DNA of 64,000 nt from Macrostomum lignano (lineage: Eukaryota): NCBI GenBank assembly GCA_002269645.1, contig NIVC01003900.1, positions 1 through 64,000 on the forward strand, given 5' to 3'. Below are positions 48,511 through 60,400 of the stretch, piece after piece; the first letter of the stretch is position 1; each line of letters begins with the position of its first letter. The notes beneath the pieces were generated by a model, which saw only the letters and a program-made list of their open reading frames with translations, did not search any database and had not been told where the DNA came from. The translations under genes and the position numbers were made by a program.

Positions 48511-51500
48511 TCACAGGGCGCGCTTCATGGCTTGGGCGCGAACAAAGGCCGCGCCACCGGCAGTGTCCGGGGCGCCGGCGTCAGCCAGCAGACAGTCGAC
48601 ATAACGCCGAGTTTGCGCTTGACCTCGCCGGTAGGGTGCCTGCAGCGTGAGCAGCAGCACCTCCTGCACCGGCTGTGGGCAGTACGACTCGGCGCGGATG
48701 AGATGGCCTGCGAGCTGGAGTCGCCGACGGCGCAGTAGATCACTTGGACGTGGCAGGCCAGCGCGGCGATAGAGTGCCGCGTTGGTGACTCGCTCGACGC
48801 CGATGTTGAAGGCGGCGCGCAGCAGACCAGCGTGCGCCGCATCGACTTGCTGTTCGAGTGAGTCCGTCAGCGTCCAGGTCTCGGCGTTGTACAGCAGGAC
48901 GGTCTCGATTACCGCCTGGAACAGCGCCGCCCTCTGGCGGTCCGGTAGGGCCTCGGACTGCAGGACTGCCCTCACAGAACGAAAGGCAGCCCAGGCAAGC
49001 CCGCGGCGGCGTCGCAGGTCCTCGCGAGCGTCTGGAACCAGACCGCCGAGGTAGACGAACTGCTGACATCGCGGGAGTTCGGTCGCCTGCCCGTCAGCGC
49101 CTCGGCAAAATATTGCAGCCTCGATGTCGTCCGGCACGCAGAGCACAACGGTCTTCTGCGTGTTGACCACCAGGCCGACACTCGCCGCAACGGCAACCAG
49201 CCTGTCCAGCTGCCGTTGGGCGCCCTCGACGGTCGAGGACAGCAGGGCGAGGTCGTCGGCGTAGCCAAGCACGCTGAGCCGCTTCTCCGGTTGACGTCGA
49301 CCCACGCGTCGCTGCAGCAGAAAACCGTCGTCGTCGGTAGGAAGAGCAGTCCGCAGCACCCAGTCAAGCACCAGGACGAACAGAAACGGCGCCAGCGTAT
49401 CTCCCTGAAGCACTCCGGAGGATGTCTCAAAGGGGTCCGATAGGCCGTCCGGTGTTGTCACAGCAGCTGTCGTATCACGGTACATCGCCATGACGGCGGA
49501 GATCAGCTGCTCAGGCACGTTGTACGCGCGGAGCACCATTGGAAGCACGGCTCTGACAACCGAGTCGAATGCCTTCTTGAAATCAATAAAGATTAAAATC
49601 AGTATCGACTGACGAATCCGCGCCTCCTCGATGACTCGGCGAAGAGCCAGGATCTGCGCCACTGTGCCGCGATGGGGCCGGAACCCGTTCTGCTCTGGGC
49701 GCAGGTACGGATCCAGCACGGGCTGCAACCGCGAAAGCAGCATCCGGTTGAACAGCTTCGCTGCACAGGACTGAAGGCAGATGCCTCGATGGTCTTCAAG
49801 CCTAGTGGTGCCCGGCTTCTTTGGAACAGCGACGATGTGCGCCGTGGTCCATTCGTTGGGCGCCGCCTCACCGAAGAGCACGCGGTTCATCACTCTGGCG
49901 ACCTCAGCGGCCACACAGGGGATGCGCAGCGCCTCGATGGGCACCTCGTCCGGACCCAGCGCTTTCCCGCCCGGTGACTGCTGGGCGAGCTTGACAACGT
50001 CGGCTGCGTTGACTGGGGCTACGCTGAAACTCTCCTCTGCCGGCAGCGGCGTCTCCGGCGGCAGCGTCAGACTGTCTGGCAGCGGGGGTGGCGGCGCGTT
50101 GACGATGGCGGCGAAGAACTCGCGCAGCTCGTTCCTACGCTCGTCCGGCGTGTCACCAGCCAGGTTCAGCGGATTGCGCCGCTTTCGTCCCGTCAGAGCG
50201 TTGATGGCGGACCAGGCCACGCGCCCTCTGGCATCGGGCCCAGCGGCAGAGACAGCCTGAATGGCGTCATCGACAGCCGCTTGTTGGCGCTGCAGGTAGA
50301 CAGCTGCCAGAGCTGCCTCTGCCTCGCGGGTTGGTCGCCTGCTCAAGCGGAGCTTCTCCAGATCTTCCCTCGCTGCCTGAATCGCGGGGTCGTCCTGCCA
50401 GACCGGCTGCCCACGTTGAGCCGGCTGCATCATCGGGACTGCTTGCTCCGCGGCGGTTCTGATTGCAGCGCACACTTCCGCATACTCGGCACTTCCACGC
50501 TTGTCGCCCAGCGCGGTGTTAAAGGCGCTAGCAAAGCGACGCTGCGTATCGGTGGCTCTGAGCGCGCGGTAGTAGCGCCGCGGTGGCCGCTTCGGCGGAC
50601 GGTAGAGCGGATCGCGAAGGTTGAGGTCGCAGATGAGGAGCCGGTGATCGGACCGCAGAGCCAGCGGCGTGATGGTGCGGCAGTTGACGGCGCGACGACG
50701 CTCACGGAAACGCACGAGCACGTGGTCGAGCTGTGCTTGTCTCCGGGTTGCGTTCCTGCCACGCGCGTTCCGTCGCCTCCGCTTGCAGCCCACGAAGGTT
50801 GCGAGACCGCTCAGTGGCTTGCGGAAGCGGGTGTTGGCCGACACCATGTCCTGCCTCTCCAGGAAGTCCTCTAGTGCCTCGGTGTTGTTGTTCCCGCGTG
50901 GCGTCACGAACAGCGACCTCTCGGACCTACGCAGGACTGCGTTCAGGTCTCCGAGGGCGACCGCTGTGTCACGCTGCGCCGTCGCCTCTACCTGCACTGA
51001 GAGCTGCTCGAAAAACTCTTGAGCCTCGTTAGGGCGTGTGGCAGGGGGCGCGTACGCGCAGAACAGGCGAGCATTCCGACCGCGTAGCCGGACGTCGATC
51101 CGAAGCAACCGGGGGACAGGGAGATGCAGCGACAGCTCTGCTGCAGCCTCGGCCCGATCAGCGCTCCAACTCCTCCACGGCCTCGCTGGTCCGCAGAAGT
51201 ATAGTAGAGGGTCCACCCGGCGCCCAAGTCCTCACAATGAAGTCCCGGGTCGGCCTTGATAGACACCTCCTGCAGCGAGATGATGTCGCAGCTCAGGTCG
51301 TACGCCAGCTTCGCCAGCACCCCTCTACGCCAAGCAGCCTTGAGAGTGCGGCAGTTCAGCGTCCCGACCCGAAGCATGCCCTGTGGTACGGCTGGGGCTC
51401 GATGCAGTTGAGCCTCACGGTCCCCGGCGCCACCCGGAGGATCCGAGTGGACCCGCGCGGCAGCTCGACGGGCGGCGCCACGCAGCCGGCCTCGTCGGTT

Positions 51501-51623
51501 CCGCTCACGCCGGCGCTCAACACGCCGACGGGCGCTCCGCTGCCCTCGCTTGGTCCTGCCGCATTTGGCCGCCGCAGCAGTTAAGCGCGGCTCTCCGCTC
51601 TGACCACGAGGAGGTAGCGGCAT
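48511..51623 (-). CDS. RTE ORF (AP endonuclease plus reverse transcriptase), about 1037 aa after repairing one -1 frameshift
   Basis: Motifs VGTLNCRTL, ISLQEV, GDLNA, LDHVL, SDH; QNGFRPHRGT, FIDFKKAFDSV, GVLQGDTLAPFLF, GYADD, FVYLG. The frame break is at G-run 51111-51115 and joins ORFs 50988..51623 and 48511..51216. Confidence 0.92.
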
Positions 51624-51639
51624 TTATCTGCACCGTGGT

Positions 51640-52159
51640 GCAAATAAATTAAGACTGCAAATAAATTAAGACTGCAAATAAATTAAGACTGCAAATAAAT
51701 TAAGACTGCAAATAAATTAAGACTGCAAATAAATTAAGACTGCAAATAAATTAAGACTGCAAATAAATTAAGACTGCAAATAAATTAAGACTGCAAATAA
51801 ATTAAGACTGCAAATAAATTAAGACTGCAAATAAATTAAGACTGCAAATAAATTAAGACTGCAAATAAATTAAGACTGCAAATAAATTAAGACTGCAAAT
51901 AAATTAAGACTGCAAATAAATTAAGACTGCAAATAAATTAAGACTGCAAATAAATTAAGACTGCAAATAAATTAAGACTGCAAATAAATTAAGACTGCAA
52001 ATAAATTAAGACTGCAAATAAATTAAGACTGCAAATAAATTAAGACTGCAAATAAATTAAGACTGCAAATAAATTAAGACTGCAAATAAATTAAGACTGC
52101 AAATAAATTAAGACTGCAAATAAATTAAGACGCAAATAAATTAAGACGCAAATAAATTA
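51640..52159. repeat. 17-bp tandem array (GCAAATAAATTAAGACT), about 30 near-identical copies
   Basis: Directly visible; the last two copies lack one T. Confidence 0.98.
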
Positions 52160-53571
52160 AGTCCTTAAAGAATGTTTATATTTTAGGATTGTCGAATTTT
52201 AATTTAAGTTTTTGTGCAAGTGTCTTTTGATATATATTGGTTCACCTACTATAGCCCTTATAAGTGACAAGATGTTGCAGAAGAAACTATATAGTCTTTA
52301 TATTTCTTATAAAAATTGCATTTTAGCAAAAATAAGTCTTCTATAGTGCCTAATCAATCATGAATTAATATAATTCTTAGCAATGAAAACTAATTAATTG
52401 AACTTTTATGACTTTTAGCACATTAGGCCTACCAATCAAGTTTTCAATGAATTGATTTTTGGCAAAAAAGCATTCGACAAATGGGTACTGGACCAGACTA
52501 ATTGTTTGCCTTTGCTAGCTATCCATCTACAGGCAGAAGAATGGTCCAAATTGAAAAGTTTTAAAAAATTTCAAGACATGCTGCACTAATAAGCAATAAG
52601 ATTCTAAAATGTTTTTCACTTTTTAAATAATTGTATTCTAGAATTTTTTAAAATAAAGAAAAAGTTGAATTTGTTAAAAGTATATACTTTTTTAGAATTT
52701 GTTTGTGAAATGCATGTATACATGTACATATGTTATATATTTGTCATATAAATGTAGAATGATAAATATCTCAGAGCAGCAATATAATATAACAAGTTCA
52801 AGTTGAATGTGCCATTATTTTGGGGATAGGCCTATTGTTTGGTAAAATAGGATATCTGCTAGTTGCTTATGCCAAACTTAATGAGTGACATAAATGACTA
52901 TAAAAAAGTTAGGAACTCTACTTACTATGCTTGCTATAAGTTACTATAATGTCTGTACTCTATTGCCAATATGACTTGTTGCTCAGAGTCAAACAACTAT
53001 TGTCAAAGCATCTTGTCACTATGTCTTAAATAGTAGAAACCTAACCTAAGTTGGTTAGGGCCTACTACATCCACTATTTAGCACTAGCAGATGAATAATA
53101 GTCCACTGGCCAATTGCCTAGGGCAGAGGAATAGTCTAGCAGACATATTGACTTTTGGCAAAAAGGTTTTTGGCAAATTTACAAATTATCTAGCATTTAT
53201 TTTATTTAAAAATCTAGGGGGCCTAATTTAATTAGATTGCGAGGACTTAGCACACAATAAGATGTGCATAGGCCTAGTTAATCGTCTTATTTATCTAATT
53301 ATGCAAAAAATAAAAAAAAATCTTTTTCACTTCCAGCACAATTTTTATTATGGATATATGCTACCTTACCCCTGGCCCTACCTACTTGTACGCCATTTTA
53401 TTTACTAGGCTCACAGTTTTTAAGCAAATAAAAAAGAAAAAAATGGCAAGTAGGGATAGCAACGTCCTACTGCTTGTTTGAAAAAGGATTATTATCATTA
53501 TCTAATCTATTGCTTTTATTTAACAAGTAAAAAATCCGAAACAGATATGCTAAATCCAATCACAATACACT

Positions 53572-53841
53572 GAGGCTTTTCATATTACCAATTCCAGAAT
53601 CAGAATCGGTTCGGATCTTCCAAGAAAAACAGCAGTAACTAGGCCTATTTAATTTTGTTGAATGTTTGACTGACTTAACAACCTCACTTAGCAAAATTTT
53701 TCACTTTCTTCTTGGCGATTGTCATTCAATAATAAAAACTTTATAGCACGTATCTCCCTCTAGTTATGGAGACAAAAGTTATACCTCACATCACAAATTG
53801 GTTCTGGTTCTGCAACCAGAACAAGCAATATGAAAAGGCTC
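53572..53841. mobile_element. MITE copy 1 (PIF/Harbinger-like), 270 bp
   Basis: TIR GAGGCTTTTCATATT / AATATGAAAAGGCTC (1 mismatch), 3-bp TSD ACT. Confidence 0.72.
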
Positions 53842-53862
53842 ACTGAGGACGATGACGAAACA

Positions 53863-54130
53863 GGGCCTTTTCATATTACCAATTCCAGAACCAGAATCGG
53901 TTCGGAATTCCAAGAAAAACAGCAGTATAACTATTAAACTCTGTTAATATTTGACTGCCTTAACAACCTAACTTAGCACAATTTTTCACTTTCTTCTTGG
54001 TGATTGTGACATTGTCATTCAATAATAAAAACTTTATAGTACGTATCTCCCTCTAGTTATGGAGACAAAAAGTTATACTTCACAAATTGGTTCTGGTTCT
54101 GGAACCAGAGCAAGCAATATGAAAAGGCCC
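53863..54130. mobile_element. MITE copy 2 (PIF/Harbinger-like), 268 bp
   Basis: Perfect 15-bp TIR GGGCCTTTTCATATT / AATATGAAAAGGCCC, 3-bp TSD ACA; the interior is homologous to copy 1. Confidence 0.78.
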
Positions 54131-54487
54131 ACAGACAATCGTCATCAGTTAGTAAGCAGCGTCGTCGTCACTTGCAAGCAGGCATACCATGGGATTTAAA
54201 TCTTAAGATGAAATAATATTAACTAAGCAAAAAAAATTTAAGGATAAAATAATAATAAGTTAAAGACAAAATTTTTAAAGTAGCTTCAAATTGTTTTTTT
54301 GTATTTAAATTAAAAACAAAAAAGCTAATTTTTGCTTACGACTTTAGTTTTCGGTTGGTAGTAGCCTGCAGTTCTTTAAATTTCAATGCCGTGTTAAATT
54401 ATCTGCTGGGCCGTCCGTCCGTCCAGATAAACTTTAGCTGTTGTTAGTGATTTTTTCCCGCTAATTTCGTTCATTTGAGTTAAATCA

Positions 54488-57400
54488 ATGGATATCACCG
54501 GGTTTTTTGACCCCGTCAAGCATGGACTGAAGTCTGACTTCCGACTTACCAAGTTGTCAGATCTAAAAGGATGAGGGTGTAAAGTTCCTCAGGCAGTGTT
54601 GCACACACTGCTAGAGGAACTAAAGAATGAGCCCGTTTCTTCTAATAAAAATGCTGAAGGTACTGTAGATTCAACTAATCATAATGGTTCTTTTAATTCT
54701 TCAAATAAACCAATAATTGGTAAGCAACTTATGTTATGCCTACATATAAAACTAAACTTAAGAAAATAATTTATTGTTCTTTTGTTCATCATTGTCATTG
54801 ACCTAAGGTTCTACATATAGACATCAGACAGGATCCCAATCCCAATCCCAAAATCTCAGGATCCTGAGGAAAATTGGATTCCCACAGGACTAGGATCCCA
54901 ACCCTAAAAAACTTAAGAATTGGGAATAGGTCTTTTATAGTTTTGATTAAAAATTTATAGAATTAGTGATTACTTGAATGTATTTTGTTTTAACTTGCAC
55001 TCATTACATTATTACTTTGTTGGTTATAAAACTTTGCATCCATTTTGTTATGTTTTACTTTTTGATTTTGACATTTTTGCTCAATTTTGTTTAATTTTAT
55101 ATGGACCAATAGTCAGGAAGGTAGCATAGTGTGTGCCAGAATAATTTTTGGGAGAGGGTCTATGCACCTTTTGAATGTGGTTTGTACGCTGTTTATGTGC
55201 TCTCTATGCATTGCTTCTATTCTACATGATAATAAATATTATAATTAATGAAAATGTTGATAAATATGTTTTTAATAAATTATAATAACTAAAAACATTG
55301 CTCTGAAACATTTAAAAAAAGGAATAAAGTGAGCATTTTTTGTTTTAAACTATAACTTAATTTTCTAAAAAGAATTACTTAGAAAAGTTTTTTTTGTATA
55401 TTAGCGAATTACAAACTTAATACATTATATGGATACTAGTTTTAAAGCATAGTGACCAAGTCATTATGTTAGTATGTACCAAATATTTTAGGGACTATAG
55501 TGTGCACCATAATTGAGTGCTGCATGCATTGGTTACCTTACTGTATGCCACTTTTGTGCACTGAGTATACCAAGGACCCATTTTATGTGTTGGAATTTTC
55601 CATGCCACAGGCCACCTTCTTAATTAGGCCTATGGAAGACCCTAGACCTAGAAACTACAATTATACTAAAAGAATTGATTCCAATTCCCAAATCCCAATC
55701 CCAAAAAAGTTATTCTTAATCCTAATCTTGCCCAAAGATTTCAATCCTATTTGATCTCTACAAATGTCTGGCACATAAACAAGATGGCCACAGCTTTTAA
55801 TGGCTAAATCAATAATGATAAACCTAGGTCTTTATATTTTATTTATTTCTTATTAATAGTAGTTTATGTTAGGTTTAGGTCTTCACGTCTTAAGGAGATA
55901 GATACTGTAATAGAACTATATTACATAATAATAATTTCTTTTAGCTTCAACTTTTATTGTAACCTGACCTATGGATATTTATCCACTAAATAAAGCAAGT
56001 TTAGTGGATATTAATATACCATCCTATTAATATACCAGCCTAGTACAAAATGAAAACCTTATTGTATGTCTATCTTATTTTTGCATAGCATTACCACTAG
56101 CAATGGTATCTTGATAAACTAATAAATGTAACAATAGAGAATAAATTGGTACAAACATAGAAAAAGATTAAAGTTTTTGTATTATAGATAATTAGTTTCA
56201 AATCTATTATTGTTCCAGTATTTATGAATATGATTTCAGATAAAACAAAGCTAAAGACTGAAAAAAACTGTTTTATTGGTACAAATTTTATATACTCAAA
56301 ATAAGTATAAACTTCATGCACTTTTGTTAAAAATCACAACCTTTAATTTGTAAAAAGCATAGAAATTTTAGGTGCATTATTTTTCCAAACATGGCTAAAT
56401 CCTAAATGCCTTAATATAGGTAACACTGATGACAATGAGTTAATTTTTTGGCAATAATTTGATTCATGTAGAATTTAATGCATTTATATTGATGTCTAGG
56501 TAATCTATGCTATCCATTCAAAAGATTAGTATTCAACCTTGGGCTCTTTGTTTTCCTTTATAAGAATTCTTTATATATAAATTATTTATTATTTAATCTA
56601 AAGTTAGACTCACTACAAAACTTTGTATATAGAGATTCAGATAAAGGTTAAAGTAGAGTTAAGGCTGAAAGTTATGAGAGATATACAACAAACAAAATGA
56701 AATAAATTTGTCTTAAGTAAGATTTTAGGCGCATGACCAAGACCGCCACATACCAAGACTACCACATACCAAGACCGCCACAGCTCTTACTGACTATTGG
56801 AATTGAGGGGAAGTTACCAATCTTCTAGCATTGCTATTGGTTATGATGGGTTGTGGAGTTAGATGAGGAGGAAGTGACCCAAGATTGGTCACTAATAAGA
56901 TGAATAAGTGGCCCAAAATGATTTCAAGTCAACCAGGGCAATTTTAACAATTCAAATTAAATGAAAAAAACAAGGAGCCTGGCTCACTCACCTACCTGGC
57001 CAGGCTGGCCTGCTCACCAGTTCCTCTCTCGTGGCTTTGTCTTGCTGGCTCTCCCCATCTCACCCTTCATCAGCACCATCCAATAACATGGCAAGCCAAA
57101 TTCCTCCCTCCTAGCTCTCCCAAGTGTGGCGGTCTTGGTGTGTGGCGGTCTTGGTGTGTGGCGGTCTTGGTCCTACACCAGATTTTATGCATTTGAATTT
57201 TTCTCTTTTCTCTTTTCTCTTTTTCTCCTTTCTTATCTTATCTTATCTATCATCTCATCTCTTTCCTTTGTTATCTTTTATCCTTTCTTATATCTTCTTT
57301 ATCCTCTTTTTTACCCTTTGATTCTTTAGTTGTAGGTGGTTCTAGGCATCAAGATGCAATAAGGTATAGCTGTCTATTCTGCTAACCTCTTAAGTCTTCT

Positions 57401-60400
57401 CTCTATTTTCTATTCTCTTGTTTTTTCTTCTCTAGTCTATCATTTTGCTTCTCTTCTCTTCTTTTTTTCTAGGCTATCATTTTTTCTTTCCTTTTTTTCC
57501 TCTCTTCTCTTTTCTCTTTACTCTCTCATTTCCTCTCTTTAGTCTTATCTCTTCTCTTTTTTTAACATAAAGAAATAATTATATGTTACTCTTATAAGGT
57601 AGTAGCTTTGATCAGATGTTTATCATATACTCATATAAGCTATTAAGGCTAAGTGCTAACTAATTAATTGTAGTGAGTTATCTATAAGCAAGATTGTAAT
57701 TATGGCTACCAACCAATAAAGAGAAAAAGAGAGATTAGAGATTTGAGAGCAGAGATAAAAGAGGAAATAAGTTTTAAAGAATTTGAAGGTCATAGATAAA
57801 GGCAAAGGCCAGAGTTTGCCAATGTATGTTTTAGACAAAATTTGCAAATTCTGATTAGTACCCCAGCCTATGTTATCATTTGTCTCAATATTATTTTAGC
57901 ACAAATTTGCTCCATTTCTTACTCAATTTTTGTTTAGTATGACCATGAATGTGCAAAAATAGTTCTAGAGTTTTTTTTCAGCAGATCCTATGCCTGGCTA
58001 CATGTATGTAAATAAACTTGATACTGAACTTGTAATGCATTTTCCTGCTTGTGACAGTGTCCTTTTAAGTAAATTGAGTGCATTAAATTTAATTAGACTT
58101 TGAATGTAAATGCTAGTATATCATAGCTTGGCTGGACACTGACAGGTAACTGTTACTTTTCAATTATATCATGTTAATTAATTAATTAATTTTTAGGAAT
58201 TGGCTTGGACTCGTGTGTTATACCTCTTCGACATGGCGGACTGCATCTGATTCAAACTACGGACTTTTTCTATCCTCTAATTGATGATCCATACACTATG
58301 GTAAATGCTTAGCTTATCTCTTACTTGTTTTAAGTCTGTGTGTGCATTTGTTTGAAGATTCATTTTTTCTGTCAAATACTAAAATATAAAACCAGAATGC
58401 TAGCTAGTCAAAAATTTACTCTGACCAGGGCTAGGCGAGTATTGGTTCTGTGACTGGCCGAGTACTTTGTGTGTGGCTTCTTTTTGAAAGTTGATTAGCT
58501 GCCTTTTCTGGGAAAGAAAATCGTTAATATTCCAATCTGGGGGATGCTTGTGTGCTAGGCCTCTTGGCTCTGTCTTATAAAGTCCTAATTCTGAGCCTCT
58601 GCCTAGTCCTTATGCTGCCACCAAAGTTGTCAAAGGGCTAAACTCCTGCTTTATAAATGTTGGTAGCTGCCACCAGGATTATCCTATTAATAAATTATGA
58701 GTTTATCAATCTTAGAATAATCCGAGAAACGTTTCTTAGAATTGATCTGAGTATATATCTTAGTATTTAGTCTGAGTATTTAGTCTGAGTATTATTCTTG
58801 GAAACTATTAGCCCTTAAAGATTTTATTCCTCTGTTATTCTGCTAGCGTTTATTCGGATTCCGGTAGCGTTTGCTGTACTTTTGGCCTGAGTGGTCTATT
58901 GGCTATACTGGTATATGTATTCCATGTACTTTGCAAGTCCTTGGGCGTTACCGAGATCAGAGGGTCACAGCCTCCGGTTATTCTTACACGTATCACTTCA
59001 GATCTACTTCGTATTCTCTTACTACTCAATACTGCTGCTTCTCAATAGTATGTACTGTATACGCTTCAGTCTATTTCACTCTTACTTCTTAAAAGGAATT
59101 AACACAGAAAACACTTCTTCAAATTCTTATTTTCTCGGAACTCTTACTATTCGCTATCAATCACTTATTGCGGAACCGCGATGCGCAAGGTAGAAGGTTA
59201 GTTCCTCTCTCGCCGGAATCGCTTTTATTTATACTAAAATTTCCTATAGTTTTAAACAAAAATTCGTTAGCACAAAATATTATAGAAAATAAGAGTATTA
59301 AAACAAAATATGTTTCTTAGTTTTGGCGTGAATTCAAATAGACTAAACGGTGACTATTTTATAAAGAAATCGGGAGGGGCCTGCACACTTGCTATCTGCG
59401 GGATGCTTGCTGTCTTGGGGATATGTTTTCTATTTAGGTAGAGTGTCTGTTATCTTTGTGAAGGCTTTATTTTGTTGTCTTTTTGTTACTTTTAGAAAAC
59501 AGACATTCATAGCAAACAATTTTACCATGATAATTTTACTCGAATAAAGTGATTTATAAAACTGAAGAAGGAATTGGTTCTTAAGAAAATGTGCTTCCTA
59601 ATGGATTTGCATAAATAATTTTTGCTCCTTTCTTATTGGTCGCCTCGAAGAGGGGCACTAAATTGCTAGTTACTTTTCTAATAATCATCAAAACTTGATT
59701 TTAAACGAGTACTGAGTGCCAAATACCAAATACCCAGTACAATACCTAGGGCCGTTTCTGACTCTGAGAAGTTGCAGAAGTCTTCTCCAGACTCTATGTT
59801 TTTAGGCATTGACAGAGAGAAAATTGATAAAAGCCTTTAAATCTTAAGAATCACAATAAAATGAAATATAAATTAATAATAATATCAAACGAATCGAATG
59901 GTATCCAAATTTAAAAACTTACACTAGTGCCGAAGTTGATGTGTCATGACATACGCTGTTTCACAACAAAACCTATCATCAGAGAACAATTTTAATAACA
60001 AACTCTAAAATAAGACAATAACAACATATACAGGGTCGCATCACATGTGCCAATGTTCTAAGCGACCTATACGCTATGGGAGTGACCGAATGCGACAACA
60101 TGCTAATGCTGCTTGGCGTTAGCAACAAACTGTCTACGGACGAGAAGGAGATTGTTGTTAAATTAATTATGCAAGGATTTCGCGACTGCGCACTGGAAGC
60201 TGGTACATCGATTCAAGGCGGTCAGACTGTTGTGAATCCTTGGATGGTGATTGGCGGTGTGGCTACGTCTGTTTGTCTGCCTAGCGAGTACTGCCAGCCT
60301 GATGGCGCCGTGCCTGGCGATGTGTTGTTCTTACTAAAGCTCTGGGGACGCAGGTATGTGAATAATTTGCATTGTATTAATTGTACATGTAGTTTGCTAG

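Larger units (their letters stand above)
48467..52159 (-). mobile_element. RTE-clade non-LTR retrotransposon insertion, including a 5' 17-bp array
   Basis: Single APE-RT ORF, short 3'UTR with a TTG-type tail, and candidate 9-bp TSD AGTCCTTAA at 48458-48466 and 52160-52168. Confidence 0.85.

Noticed and set aside
48525-51652. Many antisense and alternative-frame ORFs over the RTE, and likewise over the LINE at 34.4-40.1 kb
   Set aside because: Shadow ORFs of GC-rich coding sequence.
42670-54488. Functional link between the HRI-like kinase and SPS2 as a stress/redox cluster
   Set aside because: They are divergent but about 12 kb apart with TEs in between; adjacency alone is not evidence in a metazoan genome.
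54572-54574. Premature stop making SPS a pseudogene
   Set aside because: The TGA is at the conserved Sec position, the frame and splice phase continue, and a SECIS is present.
54830-55750. Degenerate ATCCCAATCCC/GGATCC blocks as a MITE
   Set aside because: Probably CpG-decayed element relics, but no TIR or TSD could be defined.
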